The position numbers and the translations under genes are program-made. DNA of 62,626 nt, counting the filler, from Bipalium vagum (Eukaryota), in the NCBI GenBank assembly GCA_037834085.1. It is 3 parts of 3 records of this genome, joined end to end, with 100 filler letters (N's around TTAATTAATTAA, not from the genome) between each part and the next. Parts side by side here need not be neighbours in the genome. Positions count along the whole stretch, not along the records: positions 44,551 to 62,626 come from JBBMKC010041293.1; 2 more parts are not named here. One strand, written 5' to 3'. Of this stretch, positions 51,301 through 62,626 are shown piece by piece. Under the pieces are notes generated by a model. It was not told the DNA's origin. It saw only the letters and a program-made list of their open reading frames with translations, and did no database searches. Numbering within the stretch: position 1 is the stretch's first letter; the number at the start of each line of letters is the position of its first letter.

Positions 51301-54300
51301 ATGAGTTGTTAAAAAGATCTTTTCCTTTGCCTGCTAAGGGGAGTCTGACAGTCTAATCATTTTGCGATATCTGCTTCTTTCAATTGATGAGACAACTATT
51401 TTCAGAATTTCTGCTTGTATCATATGCTTATGGTGGATTTATTTACATCAATGACTTCTAACATGGTTTGCTATTGATCTTTGATCGCCAAAGTACCAAC
51501 TCGATCAGAACCCATGCATGATACTTCTGCATACCATTAAAAGATGCATAATATGAGATTTTTAGTAATAGATGTTCCCCAATTTTAAAATATTACAAAT
51601 GTTACGTTATGTATTTACTGTTATTATTTTCAAAGGCTTCAATGGAATTATATATACATGTATATTAAAAAGAAATATAATAAGTTATAATAATCATTTT
51701 TCTCAAAATATATAAATGGGAAGAAAATCAATTACCGGGTAAACTTCTTAAAAAGATAAAAATTCCTTTCATCATTTGTGATATATCAAATATCATTTCA
51801 GTAAAAACAAGTATTGGATTACAGATGTAAGTGACCTAAAAAGGAGATTAAAATATTGATTAAAACTCTAAAATCAGTTCTTTGAATAAAATAATAGTCA
51901 AAAGGATTCCTAGCTTACTACTAGTATTAATTAGAATTTTTCCAATTGAGTCTTTTCATATATTTTTAATGATTTATCAGTACAAGAGAAGACTGTACCT
52001 GACAGTACATGCTCAATAGGAAATAATTTTAGTGAATATATTATTCGTTATTGTTTGCACTTGTATTTTTGCTGTTATACTGGTGGTAGGCGGTCTCGTA
52101 TTGTTGAAAACTACTGCCTGGAAGTGTTTCCATTAACGGAAGTAATACGGGTAAACTTCAAATTATCTCTGATAAATACAATGGTTGACCAGAAGCCAAA
52201 ACACAGAATAATAATTGAATAATTCCAGATGTAATTCCTTGTAATTTGGTCACACCAAGTCAACATTTTGTCGTTTTCCATGGTATCCTCTCGTCTCAAG
52301 CGTCCATAACTTCGCCATAAATAGTATCATTGATTTATAAATAAGGATGATACGATTCCATTCGTCACTTCAATGTTGTCTTTCATGATACCAGCTAAGT
52401 CTTGCGGCTTTATGATGTGATAGCACTTGTGGATGGTATGTGCAGACTAATACTATTAAATCTTAGATATGTAATACTGAGAGATAGCCATATTCTGATA
52501 TTCATTTTATAATTTGTCAATGTTGGTATTTGGCTTAAAATTGTCTCTAACACCCTGGAGAGGAAATGAAGATCTCAATCTTTGCGTCCTCTGGTGCTTC
52601 GATATTGTCCACTAGCACTGCCACGATACTTCAAGTCTTCCTCAAACCACGCATTCCATGCTCTTAAAGTAGTGCAATGATTTCTTTAAAAAATTCCATC
52701 GATTTTACTGAAACTTATTCAACAGATAGTTTGATGAAAAGTATTCTTATTACAGCCTGTCTCAAAAATCTGTGCATCTACTAAAATATAATTTTTCATT
52801 ATAAAAATTCACAAATCATTGAAATTATTAATAAAAATAAGTAAGCGTTCACATATAATTCGTCACATATGTTTGAATAACAGGTTAACAGAATTTTAGT
52901 AAAATACTGGTTACCAAGTTATAGGGCTGTTCGAAAGCCTTTCTTAATCAAAAACAACAAAAAAGAATTGATTGGGTTTGTTCTAAGCGTCATTCTTGAA
53001 TGGTCTGTAAATTCAATTTATGGCATTTAATTAAGAGCCTTTTTCTTCGGAGCAAATGTGGACAGAAATACAAAAATCCTGGCATAATATTCTCGGTTAT
53101 GTATGTTGTGCCATAGTTGATTCCATGCCTCGAAGAGTTAAAACTATGTTGAAAATGATAGGGTATCCAACGAAATATTAATTTGTTTCATTTTCTTAGT
53201 AAATATAATGTTTCATTGTATTTCGTCAACTTTTTAATTGATACAATGGTTAAAATATGCTTTTTAGTAGGTGCGAACCGACTTTTGAGACAAACTGTAC
53301 TAAATATAATTTAAGTATTCCTATCACTCATGAATTATTTACTTATATATTAGTTAAATAATACCCTTACAAAAATGTGGATATTTGATTAAATTATATT
53401 GATTAAGCAACAATTGTAATAATTCTGGTGCTCATTAAAATAATAAAAAAACATTAAAATAATAAGTGGTGTTTTTATTGAAAATTAGTAGAAATATAAT
53501 ATTATAACAAGGAAATAAATATTATGATAGAAAAATTCACCTGTTCAACACCAGTTCTGTAAAATTCTTCCATTTCTTCCAAATTCGGATGATAATAATA
53601 ATTAATTAAGGCAAAAATCTTCGCTTTATAATTTCTAAAATAGAGATACTCTTCAAAATTTAAGTTGTTATTGCGGTACAAACGAATTGTGTGGAAAATT
53701 TTATCAATTTGTATTTTTTGTGAGTTCACTTTTATTTTATCAACAAAGCGAAATGCCTTGTTCCATAGAAAAACTTTACATCCATTGCCATTGTCGTTTT
53801 CTGGATTAATTTTTGATTTCACACTTGAGTGGAAGTTAGGATCGGTAATTAAACAGTTATTATTTGATTCCTAGATTTTAATAGTAAACTACAATAAAAA
53901 ATAATAATCAAATATTCATAGATAGTTCTAAAAATCATGTTGTTTATTTGATTAATCCATGTAACAATAACAAAAAGAAGTCTGATTTAAATGCTCTACA
54001 TTGTATTATGTAATTAGGTTTTTACAAATGAAGCTTAGAACTAAATATTTGATTCATAAATATCATTCACGGAGAAGTGTAATTTGGAATTGGAGAAAGA
54101 ATTGTATTGAATCTTTCTTCAGGTGTAGAAGAAATTATAGTTGCAGGTCAAAAATGGAATACTTCTTTATTCCTTTCAAGTTACATTTAACAGAGATAAC
54201 GCTTAATTTTATATTTCTTAATAGGCGATATAATTTTTTTTATAACATGATAATTTGGTTTAGATGATGGAAGTACTAAATTTGACAATAAAACCTCGTT

Positions 54301-57300
54301 AATTCGAAAACGGCTATAAGTCCAAATAGACATCTTATTAATTTATATGTAAAAAAATAAAGTCCATTAATTCCTTACAAACTTTTGTGTCCCACGCGTT
54401 TCTAGTGTATATACAGGTCTAATAGTATATTTAATTTATTATAAACTAGAATACAGTTGCGAACAAAACTGTCCATTATTAAGATCTAAATTACTATGGA
54501 TTTTATTTGACATTCACGGCGTATGTTTAATTTTGTTACTCAACTCATGTCTTCCACAAAGTATTTCTTAGTGTAAACCCATAAAAATAAGATACTCTTA
54601 ATTTGCATTTTCTTAATATTTTGAATTGTCTGCTGTAAAAATACCAGTAAATAATAAGAATTAATTACAGATTATGCTTATATTTAATCATTTTGCACAA
54701 AAACGATTTTCAATAAAATCTCTCAGATGCTATGCAAAAAACGTTAATTACTTTCGGAAAATCCTAATAACTTGAATATTTCTATATGAATACTAATCTG
54801 ATAAGGAAAATAAGAAAATTTTATTTGTCATTCATATTTTTATATAAAAACAATTTATTTGATCTGTAAAAAATAAGGAAATTAATTAAAATTTAAATTA
54901 GCAAAAATAATTTTTAATAATTTTATAAAAATAAATCGCATTTTTTCATTAAATGATCTTTAATATTTTATTTCTTATCAATGTATATATCTTTAATAAA
55001 AAATGATAAGGAAAATACTAAAATCGCCTTTCTTATTTTTTTCAATAAAGGTTAATATAACCAATTACAATTTACCTTCATTCAAATATGAAAATAAATT
55101 TTATATTTTCCTATAGAAAGATTATTTACACAACATCAGGGATATTAATTAAGTAAACTTTAAAGGATTCTCATAATAAAATAACATTAACAAATTACAT
55201 TTCTTTTTAATGACGTGAATTCCATTTTTCTGTTTCTAATTTTAAAAAATTGAGTTTGTGACGTTTCTGTTTCCTTAAATTTTTGGTTTCATTTGATTCT
55301 CTTTTAAATATTGATTAATTAAGGTAGGATATGCCGAAGAATTTAAATTTTTTGTTTACCAAGATTTATTTGATTTAATAAAATTTTTTAAAAGATACGG
55401 ACAAGTATTTTATCTTATTTTCTTTGATTATGAAAATTAATGGAAAAATTATAAACATAGGACAACAAAATAAGTATACATTTATTTAATTAAAAGAAAA
55501 TGAAATTTGTTAATTAAATGAATTTGAAAACTTTGTTTTCTGATGAAAAAATTAGATATAATTCATCAATAATATTAAAATAAATTATCCGTGTTAACGA
55601 TGAACCAATGAATAAACTTCCATTAGGTTGAACATTAAGTCATTTAAAAATGATAAATAATAAAAAATGATAAAATAAAATAAAAACTTTTTACTCAACC
55701 TACAAAACAATGTTTCAATTATCTCAAAATTACTTCTTTTATTTCAAGAGTTTTCGTACTTTTAGGATATTTTTTCAATAAAATGTATCGTAATAATTTC
55801 ATTTGTTTTTGTGTGAATTTTATTTTTATGTTGACAATTATTTGGAATTGAAAGCAGTTTATTGTATCAGTTATTATCATAAATAAAACTGTCTTCTAAT
55901 TTTGAATTTAAGGTTAACAATATAAAATATATAAGTATTCCTAATATTAATCTGTTGTTGAATTGTTAATTATGAGAATCGTAATGAAAATTGTTTTTTA
56001 ACATATAAATAATTTTGTTAAAGCAAAATATGATTTATATGTTATGTCCGGATTAAATGATATCGTCATTATAAATGATTCTCAATTCTCATTTTTGTGA
56101 ATTTGTTTCCAGATAAATTCACACAAATGTTCTTCAAATATCTGACTTATATTTCTTGATTGAGTTCATTATATGTTCCTACTATTTGATTAGTGTGCAC
56201 TCTGATTACTTTATCTTTCAATGTTTAAGACTGGTTAGCCATAAGATGTTTATAACTGGTAATTTTGTTGATTATAACCTTTCCACATGTACGTGCGAAT
56301 GATGGAGTCAGATTTGATTTTTCTGTATTTAAAAAAAATTGTTTGCATTTGTCATTGACATATCTCTATAAACCTTTTACCTTATCTACTTTGAGAGATG
56401 TCTTGAACAGAATTAACATGATTTTATACTGTTGTTCAGTAAATTTTTGCTCACCAGAAACTCTATACATACAGTTCCATCAAGGATAATTGATTGCCTT
56501 CGTAAAATAGATCGATTCATCTAATTTTTAACTTTTTGAAGTTATGTAATAATATTTTTTAATTTTAAAACTAAAACATTTTTAATAAAAAATAAAACTA
56601 TTCTTTTGTTAACATTTAAAATTCTAATAAAAATTGCTATCACAAATGTAATTTAATTGAAATGAGAAAATTCCAGTGATATTTTCAGTGATTATAAAAA
56701 TGTATCAATACTATTGTGTATCAAAACAAAACTGATTAATATTAAAATGAATTTACGTAAGAAAATTTTATAAATTAATTATTTTAAAATATAAAATGTT
56801 TTGTGATTAAAATTTTCTGAAAAATTAAGAATATTACCATTTTTGATTTTTTCTCACTGTATAATTTAGCTTTATTTTTAACACATTTAGCTTCAAATAC
56901 CTTTTCATCCACTTTTAAAAAATTATTGTCAGTAGATCCGTTGTTATGAAAATAACTAATTTCGCGTTTAATTAGTTTAATCATTTCTTCATCACTAAGA
57001 AATGAGTTGACTTTACGTGGATAAACCGTATTCAATTTTAATACAAGATCTTTAGTCCGACGTCCAAGTCTTGTTTCTAAAAAGAAAATATCCCAGATAG
57101 AAGAAAATATTGAATGATTCATATAAATTCGCAATAACAAAAACTTAAAAGCGTTAATTGAAAAAATTTTTAGGGTGAAGGCCATCAAAATGTTTAGATT
57201 TATTGAAGAAACTTTTAGATATTTTGAAATTAAGAAAAGGTATATTGAATTTGTTAAGACTCAGTAAACGATGTTTTTTAAAAAAGATTTTTGTGCATTA

Positions 57301-59839
57301 ACATATATTTTATTATTATCAATATTACAAAAGATTCTGATTCATAACATAATCTATTTATATATTGTAAAAAACAATCTTTCTATTACTATTTATTTCT
57401 TAAAAAATATTGAATTTCTATCACCGTACTTATGAAGGATCTTTGTATCTATAGATTACAACAATCTTAATATAGGACAGAAAATTAATAGCTTGAGTAC
57501 AAAAAATTATGCATAATAATAAATACTTCTGACTTACTAACGAATTTTTTTACAAATAAACTATCTGCAAAAATAATTTTTCGAATAATTTAAAAATATT
57601 AAAAAAGTATAACTTTACGAAAATATTTCAATATCGAAATACCCCATATATTAACTATAAGTGATAAAAATTATTCAGAAAAAAATTAATCGAAATTAAT
57701 AATGTTAACAAATTCAAATTTAGAGATTAAAAAATCAAAATTTTTCATATAAAGAACTGAATAATCAAATCAGTTAATCGATTTTTCTTCAATATATTAA
57801 TATGTGCAATTTACAATTGAAATAATATTTTTAAAGTTGATAAAAACTTTCATATTAATAAAAATAGATTAAATTTCCTTAGTTTTTGCCTCAATATTTT
57901 ACTGAAAGCGTTAAGATAACTCTTTTATTACATTAGAAACGAATTATTGACAAAATGAAAATAATTAAACGATTGCTTATTTTCAACTTTTTAATTATGA
58001 CCTGCTGGTGGTTATGATTTTTTATTGCATTTTATTTTAGCTTACCAAACCAATTTTTGTGGGAAAAACTCGCTAATTTTTTGGTATTAAAAATTAATTT
58101 ATCTTTTGACTATAAACTAAATATTTAAATTTTGCTATTCTCAATTTTATACATAAATTTTAATATTTAAATGAATTAGTGAAATAAAAATTAATATGTA
58201 CTGATAATGAATGTTTGCCTTACTATTTCTAGTCATTCCCATTTGAAAACATTTCTGCAATCGGCACCGTTGACAGTTATTACGAGTAATGGTATTTATT
58301 TCACATTTATACTTGATAGATCCTGTACACCGTAACACTAAATGAGCTAAAATTCCATTTGTTACCATTCTTCGAAAGAAACCCTAAAATAATTAAACGT
58401 GTATACTTTTTCAGATAAACTAAATGAATTTTAAAAAATTAATTAAAAAGAAAATGATTTAATTTATAATTATTCGAGTTTTCATACAGTTTATTAAAAT
58501 CAAAATGTATTTAAAAAAAGTAACTTTAAAAATTTATCAATAAATAAAGATTATACATCTTTTTTTAATTAATAGAAAAAATCGTTTCAAAAATTTCAAA
58601 ACAGAATAAAAAGTAAAAATCACTATTTTGATTTTTGTTTTAATTTGAATATTTCTAAATTTATGAAATTTTAAAAATTACTACTAATAAAATATGTAGA
58701 ATACGTTTATTAATAAATAAAAATTATATTATAAATACTATTTTTGTAAAATAATTTTTCAAAAGAAAATTAACAATTAATTTGAGGTTTGAAAAACAAT
58801 AAAATATGTGAAAGAATAATGGAAGACAATAACTCAACAATGTACACATAAAATCTGATATATTATGAATACAATATTAAAAGTACCAGGTATTATGATA
58901 AAATGAAAATACTAGTACAATGATAAAATATACGGATTATCATTATACAGGAAATGTATTAAAATTAATATAATCAGAGAAATTTTATTTCTAGTATTTT
59001 TGGTTACTGGAAATTTTTCACGAATGAGAACGGAAGATTTCACTAATGGTGTGCTGAAATAAAAAATATAAAATAAATTGTCTATCTTTAATAACTGTAA
59101 TTTCAGTTTTTTCTGGAGTAATTATTTAAGAATATATACATCGGAAATTATTTATAATATTTTATAAAATGTTATAGACATTTAAAACAACCGCATTTGA
59201 AAAAATATTTTGGTGATTGCATTAACACTTCTTATTCATTAAAACAATGACTCTAAATCTCATTATTCTTATTGAGACTAATCATATGTGCATTCGTTAG
59301 GATGCAGAATATAAATATTATTGTTAGTAGGCCTTAATAAATTTTTTGAGCCCAGAATTAACGCTATAAAGATATATATAACGCTATATAGATATATATA
59401 TATAACGCTATATATATATATATATATATATAACGCTATAAAGATAGGGGCTAGTGGTACGCGTCCATGATTTTTGACAACGGAAAAATATCCTTTCTTT
59501 GTTAACAATACACAAAAAAATAAAACAGCTTAGTATTTCGAAAATATTATCCAAACGTCTGTGAACAATATGTATGATAAGTAAAAACTTATTTTTTCAA
59601 AACAAAAAATTGGCGACTTATAAAATATCTGTTCATTTCTGGGTGTATCTGGAAATATAGAAAAAGTGGTTTAATATATTTAGCAAAGGTACCTTACATC
59701 CTTCACATGCATGTGTTCCATAGTGAAAACCAGAAGATTTGTCCAAACAGATTGTACATAGAGGATTCGTTTCAACTTTATTCTGTATCAGTGGTTTTAT
59801 TTCATTTCTAGAAGCTGTTAAACCAAATTCTGAGTTCAT
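48387..59839 (-). CDS. nuclear hormone receptor, NR1-like (C4 zinc-finger DBD + divergent LBD)
   Basis: Exons 59839-59693, 58383-58224, 57076-56838, 53870-53541, 51835-51736, 49640-49344, 49192-49143, 48845-48737, 48418-48387. All GT-AG, phases consistent (1464 nt). [58 protein letters not shown]-box [43 protein letters not shown]-2-like PINLYTEIY*. The last three exons are less certain. Confidence 0.88.
50100..50560 (-). mobile_element. mariner 5' fragment
   Basis: [32 protein letters not shown]. Confidence 0.7.
50800..51600 (-). mobile_element. mariner relic
   Basis: [12 protein letters not shown] and GAVVHF..MGIF motifs, heavily decayed. Confidence 0.6.
52080..52710 (-). mobile_element. 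Tc1-like transposase relic
   Basis: [23 protein letters not shown] matches the Tc1 HxxxRLxW....W..EW..V.FSDE region. Confidence 0.6.
52753..53297 (+). mobile_element. internally deleted Tc1-like element
   Basis: TA TSD and TIRs CAGCCTGTCTCAAAAATC..CTACTAAAA / TTTTAGTAG..GACTTTTGAGACAAACTG. C-terminal [22 protein letters not shown] is the Tc1 signature. Confidence 0.85.
56090..56490 (-). mobile_element. Merlin (IS1016-like) transposase relic
   Basis: [15 protein letters not shown] (GS.I.TD.WKGY), [26 protein letters not shown] (H.TVNHS..FKDP...HTN.IEG), [10 protein letters not shown]. Confidence 0.75.
59358..59446. repeat. compound minisatellite (TAACGCTATA units separated by TA runs)
   Basis: Four TAACGCTATA units with variable (TA)n spacers in the first coding intron of the nuclear receptor. 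Confidence 0.8.
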
Positions 59840-62479
59840 TTCTACAGAAAATATTAATTTATGAAATGAAATCATATTAACAATAAGCTATCGTTGATTT
59901 GTTAATAATTTCATTGGTGAGAATATTTCTTACTATTGTTGACGAACCAATTAATAATAAATTATAAAATAAATTTTAGTAGGAAGCAGGAAAAATTATT
60001 ATTAAAATTATTGATAAAATTTTATTAAAATTACTTAAGACAACAGTTAAAATGATAACATAATATTTATTTTTCTTGTTAGGATTTCAATCTTAATAGA
60101 ATGAATTAAGTTATTTTATATATTATTTTACAATGTTTGATAATATTGAATAAATAAATTTCTTAAATTTTTTCTATATTATAAATAATTATAAATATTT
60201 TAAGGGAAATATAACTCATCAGATTGTGAAAATCATTAGTGTCGAAACATTCATAAATTGGTTGCATTATTTTTTTACTTAAGTTTATAAAGACTATTTT
60301 TAAAATTAATAGATTTTAATTTATATATTAATTACTTAGCCGATGTATAAATAATTAAAGAAGACAAATGCTTAAATAAAATTAATAACCGTTACTACAA
60401 AAGAGATGAAATATATAAAATTAATTATTATAACAATAAAATGTGTAATTAATAAAAAAATAATACAAATGGTTCTCAAAATTTTCTATATATGTATATT
60501 GATTTGCTTTAACCATTTTCGTCAGGAGAATATTTTTTTGTTTTTCTCACATTTCATTTTTTCAAAGAAATCTGAAAATATTACGCAGCGAAATATCTGA
60601 GAAATTAAAATACATTATATATATTAATTTAATCTTTTAAGATTATAACATACCTTTAATGTTCTGATTACATCTTAAATAATTATATTTTTCTAAAATT
60701 AAATGATTTTTTGTCTTAATTTTATTGATTTACTGATTTGAACACTGAATCTGCTATTTCAAAATAAAATAATAATTAATATAATATTAACATTTATAAT
60801 GTGGACAATCTACCTCAAGCACAAAAAATATCAAATAAACAGTAGATTACGACACATTTGTAAATAATTTAAATGAATAAAAATATTTTTCAATGAAATA
60901 GTGGCAAAATTTGAAGATATATTACCAGGTTTCTTTTTATTGTGAATATCTACTTATTGTTTACAAATTTTCTTATAATATTCTATAGAAAATCAGGTTT
61001 GGCAATTTAAAGAATTTAAATTTAAAACAAAATTAGCAAAAAAACAATAATTTTAGAAGGTTAAGAAGAAGAGTTTGTAAAAGGTTTGTTAAATAAAATA
61101 TTGACTAGTTTTTGACTACTAATAAATGAATTCTTTGAATTTTATGGCTATACTCAATAAATGATTCATTAATTTATAAATAAAAAAATTGTTGAAAAAG
61201 AATTGAATTTTTCAACATAGTCGTTTTATTTCTTGGATTATTTTTTTATGAAATTTCAAAAGGAACTCTGTTTGTTTATAAAATAAATATCACATTTTTA
61301 GTTGAGCGAGTTGAGTTACAATTAAAGTGAGATCGATTAAAAAAACATTTAATTTCATGCTGGTCTCACGGAAAAATGTGTGTATTAATTAAGTCTAAGA
61401 TAAAAAATATTTGTTATAAATAATTTTGAGTTCGATAGTGGGAATGCATTTCCAAACGTTTTATATTAAACTTAAATTCAGTAAACCTCTTGATTTTAAA
61501 TCGAGTATTTTATTATAAAACTCCAAATTCATTATAAAAAAGATTATCAACAATATAAATTTTAAAGCAACAGTAAAAGTCAATAAATAATTAAAATATT
61601 TTCATAATATTAATTTCTGTTCTCAAAAAATAGGAAATTCCAAAACCATATCATTTATTTTAGACAGGGATAAAATTAGAATAGAAAAGTTATTGTGCTG
61701 ATCACATATATGTCGACATAATTGTGTGAACAAAATACAAAAACTGTCTGGGTCCTATGGGACTCCACTTAAGAGAAATTTTTTCTGATATCGGTTGTTC
61801 AGTTTTCTGGTAAACCACAGGGTTTTTCATATGGGGTGACATTCCTATAAAAAATCTAACTTGTATTTTCAAACAAAATGTATTTCCAAAATATCTTTCA
61901 TTTCGTAAAAGAAAGTACAGAAATTTGATTCAATTCTTATTTTCACCAAAGTTAAGAGGTATCTATTTAGAATATTTGCAAATAAATTTAAGTTGATGAA
62001 TATTCTTTGTAATGAATATTTGTTAATCATGAAATCCATTCACTATTTCATTAGTATTTAAAATGAATCTGATACTAATTCAGACTGCAAGATCGTTTCA
62101 TCAACTAATGAAGAAAATTGAAATTTTCAGAAAATTGTTTCATTAATTTCTTAAGATAATTCATGAAAATTTTAGTTATTAATTAATATTATTTAGTTTA
62201 TTCAGCCTTTTTTCTCCTTGAAGCTCATACTTAATTCAATGGTTTATAATGATATATTTTACCACTCTAATTAAGTATACTGATAATAAAGTTGTAAAAT
62301 ATTTTACAAAAAAAACTAACATTAGAATCAACACAATAATATTAGATGACCTGAAAAGTTATCATCGTTTTCGTCGAAGACTGTTTTAATTTAAATTACA
62401 AGCAATATATAAGTTTAAAATTCAATTTTCACAAAAATAATAGTAAAATAAATAATAAAATAAAAAAAATAAAAAGTTG

Positions 62480-62626
62480 TCAATAAAAGTGAAATTTTCT
62501 AGTAATTCTACAATGTATGGATCAGACTCGTTCACATTCATTTCATTTAGTCGAACACAAATATTCTTGCGTTTCATGAAATTATCAGTCCATTGAGAGC
62601 TCGCGACAAATCCTCCAATCTTCATC
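62480..62626 (-). mobile_element. pogo/CENP-B-type HTH transposase fragment
   Basis: GGFVASSQWTDNFMKRKNICVR matches the F.AS.GW...FMKR..L..R motif. Truncated by the window end. Confidence 0.7.

Overview
AT-rich animal (metazoan) genomic DNA with short introns. The lineage cannot be fixed from the sequence alone. Three spliced genes were rebuilt by hand with canonical GT-AG introns and fully consistent phases. They are ACBD3/GCP60 (+, 3359-12362, 8 exons, ~404 aa), VPS26C/DSCR3 (-, 37902-42422, 8 exons, ~306 aa) and a divergent NR1-like nuclear receptor (-, 48387-59839, 9 coding exons, ~487 aa). There are also two intronless ORFs: a claudin/PMP22-like 4-TM protein and a 68-aa single-TM microprotein. 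Introns and intergenic DNA hold many decayed transposons: mariner/Tc1 relics, pogo/Tigger, Merlin, a Ty3/Gypsy RT fragment, MITEs and a Polinton/adintovirus relic (packaging ATPase and possible penton). Three structures stand out. (i) A twice-present LTR-like element whose conserved block has three hairpins, with compensatory base changes, just before a TATA box. (ii) A twice-present tRNA-Ala(CGC)-derived element whose acceptor stem is extended by a conserved inverted repeat. (iii) Broken multi-exon Ig/sushi-like gene relics with 23-57 nt candidate introns, several with GA or GC donors. Two 100-nt gaps carry an artificial six-frame-stop linker, so adjacency across them is not guaranteed.
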